Positions 59,775 through 64,000 of a stretch of 64,000 nt of DNA are shown here, in pieces. The stretch is taken from NCBI GenBank assembly GCA_963749085.1, contig CAVVLG010000003.1, positions 5,432 through 69,431 of the forward strand, in the 5' to 3' direction. The notes under the pieces are model-generated. The model ran no database searches, was not told the origin of the DNA, and worked only from the letters and a program-made list of their open reading frames with translations. Source of the stretch: Candidatus Adlerbacteria bacterium (lineage in GTDB: Bacteria > Patescibacteriota > Minisyncoccia > Phycocordibacterales > SBAW01). The translations under genes were made by a program, and so were the position numbers. Positions within the stretch are counted from its first letter, which is position 1. Each line of letters opens with the position of its first letter.

Positions 59775-61080
59775 TTATGCGCCACAGATAATTGAGGGAC
59801 ATGAGCGCGAACAGGATAGTAGAGGAGAGACGACGAGCATGGTAGTGATAGCACCGAGCGAGTCGTGGCTGAAGGAGATGAGAGCCACTTCAATGACAAT
59901 GCCAAGCGCAAGAAGGTACATGAAAGAGGTGTTGCGGATGGCGACGAAATAGTTGATGAGCGCGGTTGCGAGCGCAATACATCCCATTGCAACCGAGAAG
60001 AGCCCCAGATGCGCCGCTATAGGCAGATACCGTGCGCCGAAGAGCTGCCAAAACGAAGAAATTGGGAAATGCGGAGAACAATGCCCACACACACATAGAA
60101 GCCACCGTAATGATGAACAGGGATAGTGCAAGAATGTGTTTCTCTTCTCCCTTCCCCCTTGCATGAGCTGCCGAGGCCATGGGCAGAAGCACCGTCGTGA
60201 ACGCACCGATGCCATAGATGATGATTTTGCCCACAGTTGAGAGCGCCCCGTACTGCCCGGCAAGGAGGGGTGGGAGAAAATGCTTCGCCAAGAGCACGTC
60301 TATATTAGAGAGCAGCGCCAAGAGAAAGGTGGTAAGGAGGATGGCTGAGAATAAGGTGCGTATGTTCCGCGCATCAAGCAGAGGCCGCACTGTGCTTTTA
60401 TCTGCGCCAAGCTTTGCACGGGTGGCAAAATAGCCGTACATCCAGCTCGCAAGCTGTGCAAGTACGAGGGCGAACATCACGCCCGGTACCGAGAATCCCA
60501 TAAGCACTAGCAAAATAGCAACAAATAACTTAATAGCGGCATTCAGTGCGTTTTGCTTGGAGAGCATAAAAAACTCCTGGAGTCCCTGCAGCGTGCCTGC
60601 CTGCAACGCGCCGAGAGCCGAGAACGGAATAATGGCGCTGAAAATTAGAAGGGGCACATAAGGGATGTGAAGGAAATACGACAGGAGCGGGGTCAGTAGA
60701 AGAAAGAAGATCCAGAGCCCGAGCGCTGCTATTGCTACGTGCTTTCGAAGGAATAGGAAGAGTTCCCGCACGGCGCTGACCTCCCCATTGGAGCGGAATG
60801 CCACCTCCCGGGTCATCAACATTGTAAGAGCCGTTGAGGGAACGGAAATGACGAGAAGAAGACTTAACATTGCTGCAACTTCGCCGAACGCCTCTATACC
60901 CAATAGACGGCCCATGAGGAGCGTAAAGACGTAATTGAGAACATTGACAACAAAAGACCCGGCAAAAATGACCGAACTGGAGGAGAAAAACCCTGTATCT
61001 AGGAGGGTACTAGCAATGGCTGTATTCCGTAATTGCATAAAAACCACCCTAGCGGTAGCGCCACATATATACCAAAACAC
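59775..61080 (-). pseudogene. Wzx/MOP-family polysaccharide flippase apparently split by a frameshift near 60090-60130
   Basis: The 396-aa ORF (59890..61080) has a flippase-like TM-rich N-terminus but a non-membrane C-terminus. An overlapping ORF (59775..60263) in another frame carries the missing transmembrane helices. Together they span ~435 aa. Confidence 0.5.
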
Positions 61081-61102
61081 CCCTTAAAAGTCATTAAGGG
61101 CC

Positions 61103-62428
61103 TTAGACTTTGTTTTTTGACCTATTTCGGTCGATAAACTCTTTATGCAAACGCTTCAAATCGACCCGGGACATCCCACGGAGTTTTTTGACCTCCCTTT
61201 CCGACAGCGCCATCAGTTCCATATCAAACGCCAGCACCTCAGGGTCCACCTGGAGCGCTTGCTCGTTGAGGCCCATAAGGCGAAGGCCGTCGAGGCTGCG
61301 GATGCGCGAGAGGGCGACGTAGCCCATGCCGGGCACGAAGGCTTTGGAAAGGTCCACCTCTGCCGCATCCAGGCTCATGCCTTGGCTTTTATGCACCGTG
61401 ATAGCCCACGCCAGTCGCAGCGGCACCTGGTGTATCTGTGCGAGTACTTGGCCATCCACCTCGTAGCGCCAGCTTTCTGGCAGGGCGGCTATCTCATCGC
61501 CTTTGCGGGTGCGCACGATGGGATTGCCTTGCTCGTCGAAGCGCTTCACTACGCCGAGCGTGCCGTTCACGTACCCGCGGTCAAAGTTATTTTTAACAAA
61601 CATGACGACCGCATCCTCCTTCAGCGTTAGCACCTCCGGCGCGAGACAGTTTTTCTTGAGATCTCTCACCAGCCTCTCCACCCCGCTGCTCTGCATCTCA
61701 AAGACCTTCGGCTTGCCTGGGAGCTCGGCCAGCTCAATGCTGTTGATGGCGTCGACGTTCATATTGTGTGTATAAAGGCGCGTGATTTTCTCCTGCATCG
61801 GCGCTTGGTGCCGGCGTTTGAGGATATGCATCGTCTCTTGGCCCACCGTGTTGGAACGGACGGCATTGAGTACAGCGAGATACTCGGGGCTCGTCTGGCG
61901 ATGCTGGCTGTCGAGGTAGCACACGCGTAAGTCCATTGCACCCCATGAATCGGACTTGAACGCGAAGTACAGTGACAGATTGCCTTCTTTGATGACCGGC
62001 GGCAGCTGGAAAAAATCGCCGCATAAAATCACCTGCATCCCGCCGAAGGGCTCGAAGTTGCCCTTCATCATGCGAGACACCTGCTGCACCAGGTCCAGCC
62101 GGTTGCAGTCGAGCATCGAAATCTCGTCTATGATGAGCACCTTCGTGTTGCGGAAGCGGACATTGAGGTAGTCCTTGTGGAACAGCTCGCGCAATTCCCT
62201 CTCGGTCATGGAGTCCTTGATGCCGATGCCCGACCAGGAGTGCACGGTCATCCCGTCCATGTGCGTCGCCGCGATGCCGGTCGAAGCGGTCACGGCTACT
62301 ACTACCTTCTTACCCTTGAGGTATTGAATGTACTGGTTAAGGAGATAGGTTTTACCGCTGCCCGCTTGGCCGGTAAGGAAGACATTACAGCCGGTCTTAA
62401 GGATGTTCAGGGCCTCGTCTTGGGTCAT
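61103..62428 (-). CDS. Pif1/RecD-family ATP-dependent DNA helicase
   Basis: Walker A GQAGSGKT, Walker B IIDEISM, Pif1 motif III VILCGDFFQLPPV. Start taken at MTQDEAL. Confidence 0.8.
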   Translation of the reverse strand: MTQDEALNILKTGCNVFLTGQAGSGKTYLLNQYIQYLKGKKVVVAVTASTGIAATHMDGMTVHSWSGIGIKDSMTERELRELFHKDYLNVRFRNTKVLIIDEISMLDCNRLDLVQQVSRMMKGNFEPFGGMQVILCGDFFQLPPVIKEGNLSLYFAFKSDSWGAMDLRVCYLDSQHRQTSPEYLAVLNAVRSNTVGQETMHILKRRHQAPMQEKITRLYTHNMNVDAINSIELAELPGKPKVFEMQSSGVERLVRDLKKNCLAPEVLTLKEDAVVMFVKNNFDRGYVNGTLGVVKRFDEQGNPIVRTRKGDEIAALPESWRYEVDGQVLAQIHQVPLRLAWAITVHKSQGMSLDAAEVDLSKAFVPGMGYVALSRIRSLDGLRLMGLNEQALQVDPEVLAFDMELMALSEREVKKLRGMSRVDLKRLHKEFIDRNRSKNKV

Positions 62429-62487
62429 GTAGGGACAGCATACTGCTCCTGATGACATTGCGATACTCTGGCATTTTCGAACGTATA

Positions 62488-62982
62488 ATGGAACATATGG
62501 AATCTACCGAACAATTTTCATACGACCTCATAAAAGGGAAAATCGCTGAACTTATTTTTGAATTAATGTTCAGGGATGTCGGCCGGTTTACGATTCTTCG
62601 TTTTGGGTATGAATATACCCTGCCCGAGTTAGCGCAATACCAACATTTAGTGGAGGTCAAAAAAGTCTTGGATAATATCAGGAATGCTCCCGATTTTGTC
62701 GTCATAGAAAAAAACGGAGACGGAAAACTGAACGTTTTTACCGTTGAGGTCAAATATAGGTCACATGTACGTTCAGACGAAATGAGAGAAATTGCGGAAT
62801 CTACACTTAAAACATGGAACCCGTCTTGGTTGTTTGTGGCGACACCGGCGGGGTTTTTCTTTGCGCCTTGTAGCCCCATCGCAAATAGCGGCGAAATAAA
62901 TCCCCTCTCGGATAATTGGGTGGAGCCGCGGATTAAGGCAAAATATCTCGAACTTCTGAGGGACTTCGAATTGAAGCACTAA
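62488..62982 (+). CDS. PD-(D/E)xK nuclease-fold protein, YraN(UPF0102)/Hjc-like
   Basis: GKIAELIFELMFRDVGRFTILRF ... PDFVVIEKNGDGKLNVFTVEVKYR parallels the YraN pattern G..AE...L...GY.IL.RN...GEIDLIA.DG..LVFVEVRYR. The gene is AT-rich. Confidence 0.5.
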   Translation: MEHMESTEQFSYDLIKGKIAELIFELMFRDVGRFTILRFGYEYTLPELAQYQHLVEVKKVLDNIRNAPDFVVIEKNGDGKLNVFTVEVKYRSHVRSDEMREIAESTLKTWNPSWLFVATPAGFFFAPCSPIANSGEINPLSDNWVEPRIKAKYLELLRDFELKH

Positions 62983-63002
62983 TTAGATCCCGACATCATC
63001 CC

Positions 63003-63554
63003 ATGACACCCGTTGTAATAGCCGTATTAATAATTGGATTCATACTATTCTTAGTTATAAGCTATTTGGTCGGGAAAAATTCGGGGTATTTGGCGGGCCA
63101 AATTAAGGGCAAGGATGAGGGTATAGCCCAAGGAACGACAGACGGCTATACGAAAGGCTATCAGGACGCTGTAAAAAAAATCCCGCAGGAAAGAAAAGAA
63201 GCAGTAAAAGACTCGAGAGAAATTACGCGCGGAAATATTAATGAAGAGATTTCCGCGCTGTTGCCCCATTTTCCTGGTAATTTCTCTGAGGCGAGGCACG
63301 TAGGAAAACCGATTGATTTCTTAATCTTCAAAGGAATGGATGGGGGCGATATCACGGAAATCGGCTTTGTAGAGGTCAAAACTGGAAAGTCCGACCTGAA
63401 CACTAATGAAAGGAGAGTGAGGGATATCATACTTGAGGCGAAGGAAAAAGGCGCGAGATTGAAATGGGATATCTATAATCTAGACGAAGAAGTGGCAAAA
63501 AAACTCTCTGAGGAGCCAGCCACCACTGTATCAAGCACTCCTCCCGTCACATAG
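63003..63554 (+). CDS. membrane-anchored PD-(D/E)xK (YraN/Hjc-like) nuclease-fold protein
   Basis: N-terminal transmembrane helix and charged linker, then GKPIDFLIFKGMDGGDITEIGFVEVKTGKSDL...ERRVRD. The gene is AT-rich. Confidence 0.5.
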   Translation: MTPVVIAVLIIGFILFLVISYLVGKNSGYLAGQIKGKDEGIAQGTTDGYTKGYQDAVKKIPQERKEAVKDSREITRGNINEEISALLPHFPGNFSEARHVGKPIDFLIFKGMDGGDITEIGFVEVKTGKSDLNTNERRVRDIILEAKEKGARLKWDIYNLDEEVAKKLSEEPATTVSSTPPVT

Positions 63555-63567
63555 GTCCAAACGCCGT

Positions 63568-63771
63568 TCAGCGGATTAGATAGGCGAACGTGAGAGGCTT
63601 AAATTTCATGCCCGATTCTCGCGCGATTCTTGCCCCCACGGCGTTCATCTGGGTGAGAATGGGCTCAGCCTCGGTGCGGGCCTGCTCATAGGTGATCTCG
63701 CCCTGTAGCAGACGTTGGCGGATATCGGCTATTTTGTTGCGGTTTTCGTTGGCTTGCGGGCTCATGCTCAT
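63568..63771 (-). CDS. small hypothetical protein
   Basis: 67-aa GC-rich ORF surrounded by AT-rich sequence. Confidence 0.4.
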   Translation of the reverse strand: MSMSPQANENRNKIADIRQRLLQGEITYEQARTEAEPILTQMNAVGARIARESGMKFKPLTFAYLIR

Positions 63772-64000
63772 ACCCGATTACTTCCCTGGTATTTTTGATC
63801 TTAATAAGATCGTCGCCAGCAGCACCAATCAATACTGCCAATAGCATGGGGTATCTTTTGACAACCTAAAAGGCACTAGCCTTGTTCATGTGTGAAGGAT
63901 GAAATTAAGTATCTCTACTATGATACCGCCTCCAATTAAACTCACAATATACCCGTATTCTTTTAGGCATTCATCGACAAATCGGAATGGATTGTAAACG

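Overview
This window is a 64-kb bacterial chromosomal segment with a GC-rich core and several visibly AT-rich accessory patches. GC was judged by eye only, roughly 58% for the core, and was not computed.

The core is housekeeping: rdgB, htpX, lemA, groES-groEL, secG, an oligopeptide-type ABC substrate-binding protein, RNase J, a MutY-like glycosylase, an RRM protein, guaA, msrB, lexA, cyclophilin, purB, a DEAD-box helicase, pyrG, ftsEX, prfB and two GT2 glycosyltransferases. It also carries a zur-znuACB operon and a MarR-HlyD-HlyD-MFS efflux locus.

Six tRNAs were folded by hand: Ser-GGA, Gln-CTG, Thr-CGT, Thr-GGT, Asp-GTC and Met-CAT. One IS3-family insertion sequence (orfA/orfB with an A_AAA_AAG slippery site) appears to have truncated two flanking ORFs. 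Small proteins, a short RF2 and sortase/LPNTG pairs suggest a reduced-genome, possibly Patescibacteria-like organism, but this cannot be settled from the sequence.

The most interesting accessory content is:
- a lower-GC island abutting the 3' end of tRNA-Ser, carrying the IS3, Cys-repeat and Ser/Thr-rich surface proteins, and a protein whose N-terminus closely resembles Thoeris ThsB-type TIR domains (MAKKVFFSWQAD...) fused to an unknown ~250-aa C-terminal domain;
- a 1.15-kb AT-rich single-gene insertion flanked by a 9-bp direct repeat, encoding a PUA/EVE-like domain fused to a nuclease-like C-terminus, a candidate modification-dependent restriction enzyme;
- a ~2.2-kb AT-rich block immediately 3' of tRNA-Gln (methyltransferase, NUDIX, VOC, DUF1801), possibly ending in a degenerate tRNA 3'-end repeat;
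- a terminal AT-rich cassette with two tandem YraN/Hjc-like PD-(D/E)xK nuclease-fold proteins (one membrane-anchored) next to a Pif1-family helicase.

Other points of interest are a Met-rich small protein next to a DipZ-like CcdA-thioredoxin fusion, a probable frameshifted Wzx flippase, an unannotated bL28-like 56-aa gene, and an atypical tRNA-Met T-loop. No CRISPR array was seen.
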